Below are positions 8,374 through 18,098 of a DNA stretch of 64,000 bases, piece after piece. The stretch lies in assembly GCA_905182515.1 (NCBI GenBank), contig CAJJBW010000001.1, forward strand, positions 146,275 to 210,274, given 5' to 3'. Each line of letters starts with the position of its first letter. Position 1 is the first letter of the stretch. A model generated the notes under the pieces. The model was not told the DNA's origin. It made no database searches and saw only the letters and a list, made by a program, of their open reading frames with translations. The stretch is from an uncultured Candidatus Poseidoniales archaeon (GTDB taxonomy: Archaea; Thermoplasmatota; Poseidoniia; Poseidoniales; Thalassarchaeaceae). Both the position numbers and the translations under genes were made by a program.

Positions 8374-9909
8374 TTAATTATTAATGTCCTCATCACTTAA
8401 GATACCCTTTGGCATGTACAACTTTACTAATATTGCATTTATTAATGCAATTATCCCCATTACCTTCGCTGAAGCTAACATGCCTTCCATGAACGCTAAT
8501 TTGGCATTTTCTATTAGCTCCATACCTAGTAAATTCCCCTCACTCAACAATTCTCCTCCGATCCTCATTGCTGCAGGAAAAGACTCCATAGGCACTGTTC
8601 CCAATGACTCCGTTAAACCATTAGGGACTATCATATTCCTTTGATAGAACTCATTTAATACACTTCCTCCAATTGCAATACCAAGTGCACCCCCAATCTC
8701 TCTACTCGCGTCATTTGTTGCACTACCCACTCCTGCTTTGTCTTCTGGGATTGAATCCATTACAATAGTTGTAGATGGTGCCATTGTCAAACCCATCCCA
8801 AAGCCTAGTAGAAAGAAAATACATGCAAGCCGTAAATATTCAGTATTTATGTCGATTGTAGTAAAAATTACCATTGCCAAAGTAATCAATACTAGGCCAA
8901 AAGAAACAACATTATTACTCCCAAATTTTCTAGATAATCTATCACTATTTGCAGCAGCAGGCATAAGCCCCAAAGGAAGAATCAAAAATCTAATAGAAGC
9001 TTCTAGTGCAGTATGACCTCTAATAAGCTGAAAATGTAGCATTTGTGTAAACATAAATGAAAACATTACAAAAGATGCCAAAGATATAGCAATCAACCCT
9101 AAAGTAAATCCACTAGAGTTAAAGAAATTTATCGGCAACATTGGAAATTTAGCTTTCTGTTCCCATTTGATAAATGAATAGGTGAGACAAATACCAATTA
9201 ATCCAATAATGACAAATTCTTTACTTGTCCATCCAAGGCTGGGGCCTTCAATTATGGCATATAGTATAGATCCTAGGGCAAATACTGATAAAATAGCTCC
9301 ATATGGATCTAAAGGCCTTTTTTGCGAATCTCTGGAGTTTGGTACAAACATTAAACCTAAAATTAGTGCTAAAGTAATAATTGGAACATTAATCAAAAAT
9401 ACCATTTGCCAATCATAATTTTCAACCGCCCAACCTCCAACCAGGAGGCCTATGGGGGCGCCAATTCCTGCCATCATCGTCCAAATACCTATGGCACGCC
9501 CTCTTTCTTCTGGTGGAAATACTACAATTACAATAGACAGAGTAGCAGGCATTACCAGTGCGGCGCCAAATCCCATCAAACCTCTTGCCAAAATAACTTC
9601 ACTTGATGAATCAGCAAAAAAACCCGCACTAACAGATGCTAATCCAACTAAAATTAACCCTAACTGTAAAGCCCTTTTACGTCCATATCTATCGCCAAGT
9701 GCCCCCATGACTAAGAGCGTACCACCAAATATTAATGCGTAGGCATCTACTATCCACTGTAATTCGGTATTATCTGCTTTTAAGTCCTTAGATAACTCAG
9801 GTAATGCAACGTTAAGTGTTACATTGTTTAACATTACAACAATGAGACTAAGGCTCATAATTCCTAATATTAACCAACGGCGTTCATGGACATCCGATGA
9901 TACAACCAC
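8374..9909 (-). CDS. MFS transporter, DHA2 (EmrB/QacA-like, 14-TMS) family
   Basis: 'LGDRYGRKR' loop motif; 511 aa with many TM segments. Confidence 0.85.
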   Translation of the reverse strand: MVVSSDVHERRWLILGIMSLSLIVVMLNNVTLNVALPELSKDLKADNTELQWIVDAYALIFGGTLLVMGALGDRYGRKRALQLGLILVGLASVSAGFFADSSSEVILARGLMGFGAALVMPATLSIVIVVFPPEERGRAIGIWTMMAGIGAPIGLLVGGWAVENYDWQMVFLINVPIITLALILGLMFVPNSRDSQKRPLDPYGAILSVFALGSILYAIIEGPSLGWTSKEFVIIGLIGICLTYSFIKWEQKAKFPMLPINFFNSSGFTLGLIAISLASFVMFSFMFTQMLHFQLIRGHTALEASIRFLILPLGLMPAAANSDRLSRKFGSNNVVSFGLVLITLAMVIFTTIDINTEYLRLACIFFLLGFGMGLTMAPSTTIVMDSIPEDKAGVGSATNDASREIGGALGIAIGGSVLNEFYQRNMIVPNGLTESLGTVPMESFPAAMRIGGELLSEGNLLGMELIENAKLAFMEGMLASAKVMGIIALINAILVKLYMPKGILSDEDINN

Positions 9910-9991
9910 AAATCATGCTAAAATATTAATGCTATTAAAGAGAGACCTTCTATACCATAGGTTTCATTGATAGGAGTACTCCGCGATAACT

Positions 9992-11806
9992 ATGGACAAG
10001 TGCTTTTATGCATTTAGCATTACACTAATACTTGCTACATCAAGTATTTCTGGATGCATATTTACCTCAGATGAGGGGGTAACAAATGAGCCAATCGAAA
10101 TTACATATCCTTCAATATATGATCGACATAATATAAATTTTCAAGATAATCACACATTTTCATATACGCTAAAAGAAGGCCAAAATTATGCCTTAGAAGT
10201 ACAGGAAACTTTCATAGAAGTAGATACATCTGATATATGGGAAACAGGTCCAGAAACTTCTGTCGTACATCTGTCTTATTGGTTACCTAATAATACTTTA
10301 GAAGGACACAGAGTTCCAGTAATTGCTATAATAAGTCCATATTTTTCTTATGGCCTACAAGGCGACGAATCAACTCCTACAAATATTATAGGAGCAGGTA
10401 GAGGGGAATTTATTTTTGAGAATTTTGTACCTCATGGATATGCGTTTGTTCAGGTAGCTGTTTTTGGAACAGAACTTTCAAGTGGTTGTTTTGATTATAG
10501 GGGGGCTGGAGAAGGATTAGGCATTCATCATGCTATAGAATGGTTAGGCACTCAAAATTGGTCAAATGGCCATGTTGGATTATATGGCAAATCATATGAA
10601 GGCGCTACACAATGGGAGGCTGCAGCTCTAGGAAGTGAATATTTGAAAACTATAGTTCCAATATCTGGAACGACTGCACTTCATCCTCTACTTTACAAAA
10701 ATGGAAGTGCTGAAGCTAGGAGCCAAGTAATGCATATGAATTATTTTTCAAGTACTGTTGATTATGATGCCGACGATCTAGATAATATTTGTCCAGATAT
10801 TGTTGAAGGATTTTTCGCGGGCCCAATAACCTACGGGGCAGGAGAGTTTGACCCATACATGTCAAATTATTATGATGAGCGAAGCCACATCGATAAAGCA
10901 TTCCAAAACTGGAACGGAAGTGTTTATTGGATACAAGGATTCCAAGATTGGAATGTAGATCCACATCAAGTATTTGGGGGGCCAATAGGGACAAATTGGT
11001 ACCAAGATTATGTTGATGCTGGATATGAAATAAGAGGTATGCTGGGGCAATGGGAACATAATTACCCCGACCAATGGAGTAAACATAATAATCAAGATAT
11101 TGGTTATGGAGGCGAGGCAATCCATAATATGACTCGATGGGATTGGGCTCAAGACTTGTTTGAATGGTATGAGTATTATTTGAAGGGTAATGGACCAAAA
11201 CCAGATTTCGTTGCACAAGTTCAAAGGAATGATGGGCAATGGAGAATAGAAAAAACATGGCCTCCTGAAAACTTATCCTGGCTCATCATACCTCTTTCTG
11301 AATGCGCTACTCCCGGTGCTTTTGTTGGAGGAGGGGCCCCAGTTGTAGGAGGGGGGCAAACTGTTACCACATCATGTACATCCCTTTCTGAAGAAAATGA
11401 TATAAAAATTTCAGGCCTTATTAGATTAGAATTAGAAGTTGTAGCAACAATGGATGGTGGCCAAATATTTGCAGAGCTAAGAGATTCGGAAACGGGCATT
11501 AGACTTGGGCACGCAACAATGGATATCAGATATCATGCTGGAGGCTATGAGCCCCAAACAGTACTACCATCCGAGCAACTCACTATGATGATGGAATTCC
11601 AAGCAATTGATGCAATTTTACCTGCGGGGCATGGTATAGATATTTTATTTTCAGAAACTGGTGAAGATTATCTTGCACCTGCTTGTGGCTCTAGCTGCTC
11701 TATACATATATTACCTTCATTATCCAAACTTTCTATACCTCATATAATCCAAGATGGAGAAGGTATATTAATTACTCCACAAAGCCCAGATGCAGCAAAT
11801 AATTGA
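9992..11806 (+). CDS. Secreted CocE/NonD (S15, X-Pro dipeptidyl-peptidase-like) serine hydrolase; predicted lipoprotein
   Basis: Nucleophile elbow 'GKSYEG'. Signal peptide ends in the lipobox 'ISGC' (Cys22, nt 10055-10057). Confidence 0.8.
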   Translation: MDKCFYAFSITLILATSSISGCIFTSDEGVTNEPIEITYPSIYDRHNINFQDNHTFSYTLKEGQNYALEVQETFIEVDTSDIWETGPETSVVHLSYWLPNNTLEGHRVPVIAIISPYFSYGLQGDESTPTNIIGAGRGEFIFENFVPHGYAFVQVAVFGTELSSGCFDYRGAGEGLGIHHAIEWLGTQNWSNGHVGLYGKSYEGATQWEAAALGSEYLKTIVPISGTTALHPLLYKNGSAEARSQVMHMNYFSSTVDYDADDLDNICPDIVEGFFAGPITYGAGEFDPYMSNYYDERSHIDKAFQNWNGSVYWIQGFQDWNVDPHQVFGGPIGTNWYQDYVDAGYEIRGMLGQWEHNYPDQWSKHNNQDIGYGGEAIHNMTRWDWAQDLFEWYEYYLKGNGPKPDFVAQVQRNDGQWRIEKTWPPENLSWLIIPLSECATPGAFVGGGAPVVGGGQTVTTSCTSLSEENDIKISGLIRLELEVVATMDGGQIFAELRDSETGIRLGHATMDIRYHAGGYEPQTVLPSEQLTMMMEFQAIDAILPAGHGIDILFSETGEDYLAPACGSSCSIHILPSLSKLSIPHIIQDGEGILITPQSPDAANN

Positions 11807-12374
11807 ACAAATTTTAGTAGGGTTGATGATATATGGGTCTCAGGCGCTACATATGTCCCTCCCTCGTCGTGCGATGGAACAAATGGGATTTGCAGTCTGT
11901 TGTCTAATGTGTGATGCAGGGGATGTTGCTGGATCTAACCGATGTAGATATTGCATAGATTCGCATGTCAAAAGTAGAGATAAATTAAACACGCGCCTTC
12001 CAAAAACTAAAGCAGATAGACTAGCTAGAGAGTTTATTACGATGCTAACAGAACCATCAAAATATATAGATGATTCAGATCATGGCGATTCAATGTTATA
12101 TTACTCTAAATTAGTAGATAAACATAATGGTATTGTTCCAGCTAAAACTTCTGAAGATGTAAAAAAAATATTTGAAATGCAAAGAAAAATAAAACCTAAA
12201 TCATTGATAAGAGATGTAGCAAATCAAAATAAATGGGTTGAAGAACCACCAAATGGTATAGAGAGAGAAAAACTGTTGAAGTTAATTACGCAAGACAGCG
12301 TATTAAGTGGTAGTCTTGATTGGGACAATATATTAGATGGGGTAGATGAATTATTAGATAATCAGGATATTTGA
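11790..12374 (+). CDS. Hypothetical soluble protein with an N-terminal CxxC...CxxC zinc finger
   Basis: 'CCLMCDAGDVAGSNRCRYC'. The listed start overlaps the upstream gene by 17 nt; likelier starts are 11853 or 11874. Confidence 0.5.
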   Translation: MQQIIEQILVGLMIYGSQALHMSLPRRAMEQMGFAVCCLMCDAGDVAGSNRCRYCIDSHVKSRDKLNTRLPKTKADRLAREFITMLTEPSKYIDDSDHGDSMLYYSKLVDKHNGIVPAKTSEDVKKIFEMQRKIKPKSLIRDVANQNKWVEEPPNGIEREKLLKLITQDSVLSGSLDWDNILDGVDELLDNQDI

Positions 12375-12405
12375 TTTAGATATAGATTGAGAGAAGTGGA
12401 AAGAA

Positions 12406-13221
12406 ATGACAGCCGAAAGAGATCCTAGAGCATGGTGGTTAGATGATGACCCATTCGACAAAAAAAAACATTCCGATAATACGCAACAAACATCCACCAC
12501 CTCTCCAAAATATGAAAATCCGGCTAACCCGTTCCAAGATATCCTAAATGACTATTTTGGAAATACTGAGAGATACACAATTCCTGTTCATAAAGGTTCG
12601 ATTTGGCACTTTTCAAAAATAGAAATCAAACACCTTATTCAAGCCACACTGGCTTTTACACTTGCTTTAGCATTCATTGGTAAAGGGATAGTGGGCGCCA
12701 TAGAAAATCCTTCAATTTTCATAATCGATGGATTTCTTTATTTCATATCTTTAGCCCCTGCATTTTTACTTCATGAAATGGCACATAAAATAACAGCTAG
12801 AAGATATGGATGTTGGGCAGAATTTCGTGCAAACCCGGCTGGATTACGATTTGGAGTAATTTTAGCCGCTATATTGGGCATCGTTTTTATGGCACCGGGC
12901 GCAGTTATGGTTGCAGGTAGGACAACTACAGCACAATTCGGGCGTATAGCTTTGGCTGGCCCGGTAACAAATATTATACTTTGGAGCATTGGCATTGGCC
13001 TCGCATTAATATTCGGTGAATTAAACATAATATTGGATAGAATAATTCAAACATGGCTATGGGGTAATGCTATTCTAGCCGCTTTTAATATGTTACCGTT
13101 TGGTCCATTAGATGGCAAAAAAATTAAAACATGGTCTGATACTATATTTAATATCTGGTTCTCTATAACTTTAGCAGTCGTATGGATTACTTACAAATAC
13201 TCTTCAATATTATTTGTATGA
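12406..13221 (+). CDS. Site-2-protease-type M50 intramembrane metalloprotease
   Basis: 'HEMAHK' (HExxH) in a TM segment plus 'NMLPFGPLDG' (NxxPxxxLDG). Confidence 0.85.
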   Translation: MTAERDPRAWWLDDDPFDKKKHSDNTQQTSTTSPKYENPANPFQDILNDYFGNTERYTIPVHKGSIWHFSKIEIKHLIQATLAFTLALAFIGKGIVGAIENPSIFIIDGFLYFISLAPAFLLHEMAHKITARRYGCWAEFRANPAGLRFGVILAAILGIVFMAPGAVMVAGRTTTAQFGRIALAGPVTNIILWSIGIGLALIFGELNIILDRIIQTWLWGNAILAAFNMLPFGPLDGKKIKTWSDTIFNIWFSITLAVVWITYKYSSILFV

Positions 13222-13224
13222 TTC

Positions 13225-14955
13225 CTAATTTAACGTATTCAGAACTGGCTTTTCATCACAATGAAAAAATGTTAGTAAAGCCCACCAAGTAATCATATCC
13301 AAACTATTTGCAAGATTTGCTACTCCAGTATTCTCATCACCATAATTTTTACCCATAGTATCCATCCAATTTTCCATTTCTTCTAGTGTATCGCATGTTT
13401 GATGATAACACCAATATCCATCTACTAGACCTCCAAATCCTATTGTAACAGTGCCTAAATTATCTTGGAAACTAGCGTGATCACTTCTTGCTGTAGTGTC
13501 TTCATATACGATTATTTCTGGCCTATCCATGTCTAACCAAACATTAGTTTTCCAAGTATCTGATGAATAATTTGTTCCAACAAGGGTGCCCATTTGCTTT
13601 TCTAGGCCTAAAGAATCTGAGCCAATCCAATTTGATAAACCAATCATTTCAGGTTGATCCAACATGTCATGATTTGGTCCTGGGCCAATATAAACCCTCA
13701 TTGGCCAAATTTCTTCATCTTTAGGGTAACCATCTTCATCAATATTCGGATCAGGATCTCCATGAGGGGCTCCTCCACCTCCGGGCCAATTAACACCAGC
13801 CATATCTAAGTTGATATAATTTGTAACAGTAACTTCGGGATTGTCCTCTTTTACATAATATTCAGTCCAATAATCCGAACCTCTTTTCCCTCCTTCTTCA
13901 CCTGACCAAAGGCAGAAAACCATAGTTCTTCTACTGTCAAATTCAGCTAGGGCTTTAGCAGTCTCAAGAACCATCGAGGTCCCTGCGGTATTGTCATAAG
14001 CACCAACTCTAGTACCATATGTCCTTTCTCCCGTTATATGGGGATCTAATAAAACTGCATTTGCCGGTGGAGCTATATCGAAGTGAGCACCAAAAACCAA
14101 CCACTCATTTATTATTTCTTCTCCCCACTTGTATGCACATATATTGTAAGCTTCAGGATTTTGTGTGCCTACAATGTCCGTAAATTCAAACCTATGAGTT
14201 TTTACTTCTAATCCAAATGAACTCAACTCATCAATAAGATACATAGCCGCATCTTCATATGCAGTATTCCCCTGACCTGCCCATCTATCGTAATATCCAT
14301 TTTTACCATCTATGATATCAAATGTGTCAGTTGGGTCAGTTATTTCATAGAGTCTATCATATACAACCTTACCATTAACAATCCCAGTTGAATGGACCCC
14401 TCCCTCTCCAATACTTGTTGATTGTATTCTCTCGACAAGTATACTTTTGATAATCACAAAACCTCCAGTAATTTTACTTGGTGAAACCGTATCAAATGTT
14501 GTGTTATTTTCCGGCCCACTTCGTTTTATGCCATTTCCAAAATCTCCATCAGGTCCTGAATTAATTAACCATGTATTCCAAGACTCATGTTGGTCTCTTA
14601 TTGGCCAAAATTCTCTATTAATATCACCAATCATAAAAATCATTTCATTAATACGAGGAGGTGCCAATATCGATATATCAATAATTTCTCCTATAGTTAA
14701 ATCAATTACAGTGGAGTTTTGAACAAAACCGGTTTCTGGATCTATTAATAGATATGGAATAAAAACCGACATTTTAGTTGTCGCTTTAAACTCCACTTCT
14801 TGAAAAAAACCTCCTTGCATTATATCAACATCCACTATCAAGTCATTTATATCCAAATTTTTATTTTCTGCTCCTATGCAACCACTAATGGGTCCGGATA
14901 CCATAATCATAACAAGAAATAAAGCAATATTACGTTGAGGCAAATATGAAAACAT
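13225..14955 (-). CDS. Secreted M28-family aminopeptidase with an unknown ~250-aa N-terminal domain; predicted lipoprotein
   Basis: M28 metal ligand contexts 'GAHFD', 'DNTAGTS', 'SGEEGG', 'NLDM' and 'SDHASF'. Lipobox 'ISGC' (Cys26). Confidence 0.8.
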   Translation of the reverse strand: MFSYLPQRNIALFLVMIMVSGPISGCIGAENKNLDINDLIVDVDIMQGGFFQEVEFKATTKMSVFIPYLLIDPETGFVQNSTVIDLTIGEIIDISILAPPRINEMIFMIGDINREFWPIRDQHESWNTWLINSGPDGDFGNGIKRSGPENNTTFDTVSPSKITGGFVIIKSILVERIQSTSIGEGGVHSTGIVNGKVVYDRLYEITDPTDTFDIIDGKNGYYDRWAGQGNTAYEDAAMYLIDELSSFGLEVKTHRFEFTDIVGTQNPEAYNICAYKWGEEIINEWLVFGAHFDIAPPANAVLLDPHITGERTYGTRVGAYDNTAGTSMVLETAKALAEFDSRRTMVFCLWSGEEGGKRGSDYWTEYYVKEDNPEVTVTNYINLDMAGVNWPGGGGAPHGDPDPNIDEDGYPKDEEIWPMRVYIGPGPNHDMLDQPEMIGLSNWIGSDSLGLEKQMGTLVGTNYSSDTWKTNVWLDMDRPEIIVYEDTTARSDHASFQDNLGTVTIGFGGLVDGYWCYHQTCDTLEEMENWMDTMGKNYGDENTGVANLANSLDMITWWALLTFFHCDEKPVLNTLN

Positions 14956-14961
14956 AACTAC

Positions 14962-17900
14962 TCAACTACTACTTCGTTTTTTAATCGAAATGTTACAATT
15001 TGAAATACTAACCACTTCAATATTTGGAATGAAAACAAGAGGCCTAGTAAATTTATTTTCACTCGCTTCTTCTTCTATTATCTTAATCTCTGCAGCTCTT
15101 CTTCTCTTACTTCGTTTTTTCATTCTAGCCCTAACTCGCCATGTGATAAATAATAATAGAATTACTATATATGGTAAAAGTTGTTGCAGAATCCATTGCC
15201 ACCCAATTACTAAATTAAAATTTAAGGTATCGCTTGAATCTGAAAGCATTCTATATTTTATCACCTGCCGTCCTTCACTATTGAATTCCATACTTGTTAT
15301 AGTATTAAGTGAACTTAATTCTTCCAACTTAATTCCTAGGGGTAAAGTAAGCGTTAAGTCTACAGGCATATCAAATGAATTACTACTTGGAATAGGAGTT
15401 TGTATCCCGTCTAAAACTAATCCATCTATTATTGTGGATGCTGCGACCATTGTAATAGCGTTAGTCAAACCATCCATCGCAGTAATCATAGGTGTCATTA
15501 TTGGGGTAACTATATTTTCAATCATCGGAGCATTTATGTCAATATTCAGATTATCTAATCCATCGCCATTAACTATGTCAAATATTTCAGACCAGCTATT
15601 TCCTAACCCTACTGTAGTTCTTACCTTGGGTATACTTATTGAAAGAACAATTCCATTTCGATCCCCAATAATACCATCATCATCAATTAAACCTTCAAGA
15701 GTAGTGTTAATTTGGAAACCATCAATATTAATTTCCCCCATTGAAGGTTCTGTTTGTAATTCTGATTTTATTAAACTAGTAATACTTTCGCCAAAATTAT
15801 TAGTAAATTCTGTAATGCCAGCAGTTGAAAACTCAATTACCTGTTCTTCTCTACAAATGTCTATTTGATCGTTGTCGCATATAGAAAATGTTGTTGAATA
15901 TGGAGACTCGCCTCTGTCTGCAATCTCTAAGATTAATTTTAATAAATCAGCTGGTAGAACTGGTATAGAAACATCTGTTGAATCGCTTTTCATAGAATCT
16001 AAAATTGAATTAGGCACCTCTATACGATGTATAGCTACTTCCATATTTAGTTCAAACTCGATAGATATCCCTTTTTGTAATTCAGAAAAAGAATATTCTG
16101 AAATATCTAATTCAATGGAACTTCTTTTACATGATTTTTCTTCAGATGTGCAAAATACATCTGCACTAACATCTGAACAAGATGATAAACCATCATAACA
16201 AAGTGCATGAGACCAATCAAAAGAATTAGATCCCTGTAATCCAAAGTTACCAATATAATTGTTATCTGTTTTATGAAATAAAGTAATTATATTTCCGCCT
16301 TCACTATTTGATGCCCAAGTTGGTAAAATTAATTTTAGATTTATTTCCGTACTCCCCATTCCAGTAGGTTTCATTGAACTCAAAAAACTAGGATCTAAGA
16401 TAGTTTCAAATGACATTCCACTATTAACTATTTGTTCTAAATCGTCTTGCGTAACGCCACTAAGAAAACTTAAATCTCCTAACTTATCTCCAATCAAATC
16501 ACTTAGAGCAAGTTGAAATGGCTGACTTGTACTTCTTAGATAAACAGGATAATTATTACTCATTGCAGCATCCCCAGATGTACAATAATTTACTCCTACT
16601 TCTTCACAATCCGCCAAAGTATGTTGATAGTTTAAACCTCCTGGAAGTAACCCAGAATTATCTAAAGAACTATCTAATATCCATTCAAAATCACCCATTT
16701 GTACTGATAATCCAGGTACAGTTTCAGAAAGTGAATTACCAACAGTACTGACCGGAAACTTGTTTGATATTGAATCAAGATCAATCAATCCATTGTGATG
16801 AGCCATTCTTATACCATCAGATGTAACAACTGGGATGTTGCCTTTGTCAGTAGGAATTAATTCTAAACCATCTATTGAACCAGTTTCAATATGATTTATT
16901 GTTGCAACCAAATCAATAGTAGCAGCATTTTCATTAGACAAGTCAAGTACAACTTCCAAATCCATAGATTTAGAATTTGATTCCAAATTAAATGTGTTAG
17001 TGGTTTCATTATTTCTAAAGCCCATCATAAATTCCAAATTAGAGGAATATGTAGACGCTGAATTTAAATTATTAATTTGCCATTTCCCTGAATAATATGG
17101 AAAATCACCAGAAACAGGAATTTTTTCTGCCGTTGGTCCATTGGTGCCAATTATTGTTGCATATGGAGGCGGATCAATATAGTATGTACTTTTATGTCCA
17201 GACTCGGTATTGACAGGTAATTCAGTTTTAACCTGCCCACCCATTACCAATAGAGATTTATAGGCACTTTCTAAATTAAGATTCGAATTGGTATTAAGTC
17301 CAAATTTATCTGCGGATAATCCTATTTCTACTGTTGTCTGAATGCATATTGGAGGAGTGTAAGCATTTCCATTGTCGTCCTGTGCTCCATCAATTTCACA
17401 ATTGACTATTACACCATTATTTTCAACTTCATTAGCCCATGTTGTACTAGGAGAAGAAGCACTTCCCAAGGAACTTAATATATTCTCCACACTAGAATTA
17501 ATTTCACCCATTAATTTATCTTTAACTAATATTGAGCCCTGCTCACCATCCCAAGGCTCATTCCATGAGTTACGTATTACGTCAGCAGGTATTCCATCAC
17601 CTTGGAAAATACCGTCATTTTCTAATAATAAATCTGCTACCGAATTTGAGAAGCCCAATGGCGCCCTAGCGTATTCATATATTGCCCAAGTTGCACTAAA
17701 TTCCATGGTCTCCGTGTCTTTCATATTTATGTTATATATGCCCTCAATCCATGATTCTCGGCTTGACCCATCATGAGCACCATTAACATCATCACAAATG
17801 CCTTCATTTTCCATACAAATTTCTAAATTATCAACATCTGTATTTGCACTTGCAACTGGTAAAATAATTTGAATTAAGAAAATAATTATCATAAATATTA

Positions 17901-17964
17901 CAATATTATTATTATATTTTTGTTGAGAAGAGAAAGAAGCTTTCGATGCTAGCCGCTCAACCAT
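14962..17964 (-). CDS. 1000-aa type I surface protein with signal peptide, large ectodomain, C-terminal TM and basic tail; hypothetical
   Basis: Signal '...ILPVASA/NT'. C-terminal 'LLPYIVILLLFITW' followed by 'RVRARMKKRSKRRR'. Only 6 nt upstream of the M28 gene. Confidence 0.7.
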   Translation of the reverse strand: MVERLASKASFSSQQKYNNNIVIFMIIIFLIQIILPVASANTDVDNLEICMENEGICDDVNGAHDGSSRESWIEGIYNINMKDTETMEFSATWAIYEYARAPLGFSNSVADLLLENDGIFQGDGIPADVIRNSWNEPWDGEQGSILVKDKLMGEINSSVENILSSLGSASSPSTTWANEVENNGVIVNCEIDGAQDDNGNAYTPPICIQTTVEIGLSADKFGLNTNSNLNLESAYKSLLVMGGQVKTELPVNTESGHKSTYYIDPPPYATIIGTNGPTAEKIPVSGDFPYYSGKWQINNLNSASTYSSNLEFMMGFRNNETTNTFNLESNSKSMDLEVVLDLSNENAATIDLVATINHIETGSIDGLELIPTDKGNIPVVTSDGIRMAHHNGLIDLDSISNKFPVSTVGNSLSETVPGLSVQMGDFEWILDSSLDNSGLLPGGLNYQHTLADCEEVGVNYCTSGDAAMSNNYPVYLRSTSQPFQLALSDLIGDKLGDLSFLSGVTQDDLEQIVNSGMSFETILDPSFLSSMKPTGMGSTEINLKLILPTWASNSEGGNIITLFHKTDNNYIGNFGLQGSNSFDWSHALCYDGLSSCSDVSADVFCTSEEKSCKRSSIELDISEYSFSELQKGISIEFELNMEVAIHRIEVPNSILDSMKSDSTDVSIPVLPADLLKLILEIADRGESPYSTTFSICDNDQIDICREEQVIEFSTAGITEFTNNFGESITSLIKSELQTEPSMGEINIDGFQINTTLEGLIDDDGIIGDRNGIVLSISIPKVRTTVGLGNSWSEIFDIVNGDGLDNLNIDINAPMIENIVTPIMTPMITAMDGLTNAITMVAASTIIDGLVLDGIQTPIPSSNSFDMPVDLTLTLPLGIKLEELSSLNTITSMEFNSEGRQVIKYRMLSDSSDTLNFNLVIGWQWILQQLLPYIVILLLFITWRVRARMKKRSKRRRAAEIKIIEEEASENKFTRPLVFIPNIEVVSISNCNISIKKRSSS

Positions 17965-18098
17965 ATTACTTGACTATAAAGTATCATTAATCTATGATTC
18001 GGTATTAGGATTCATTTATTAGATATTTTTATATAAATAATAATTAAATAGATACTTGTAAGGGAGCACTTGAAACCCTATGACTTATCCAAACAAAT

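Noticed and set aside
10716-11499. Minus-strand ORFs inside the S15 peptidase gene (10716-11258, 10862-11239 and 11221-11499)
   Set aside because: They overlap one another and the well-supported plus-strand hydrolase gene, and they have no motifs.
14990-15868. 292-aa plus-strand ORF, along with 15872-16198, 16518-16751 and 17372-17776
   Set aside because: All are antisense within the 1000-aa surface gene and have hydrophobic low-complexity translations typical of AT-rich antisense frames. The long minus-strand ORF has a signal peptide and TM logic.
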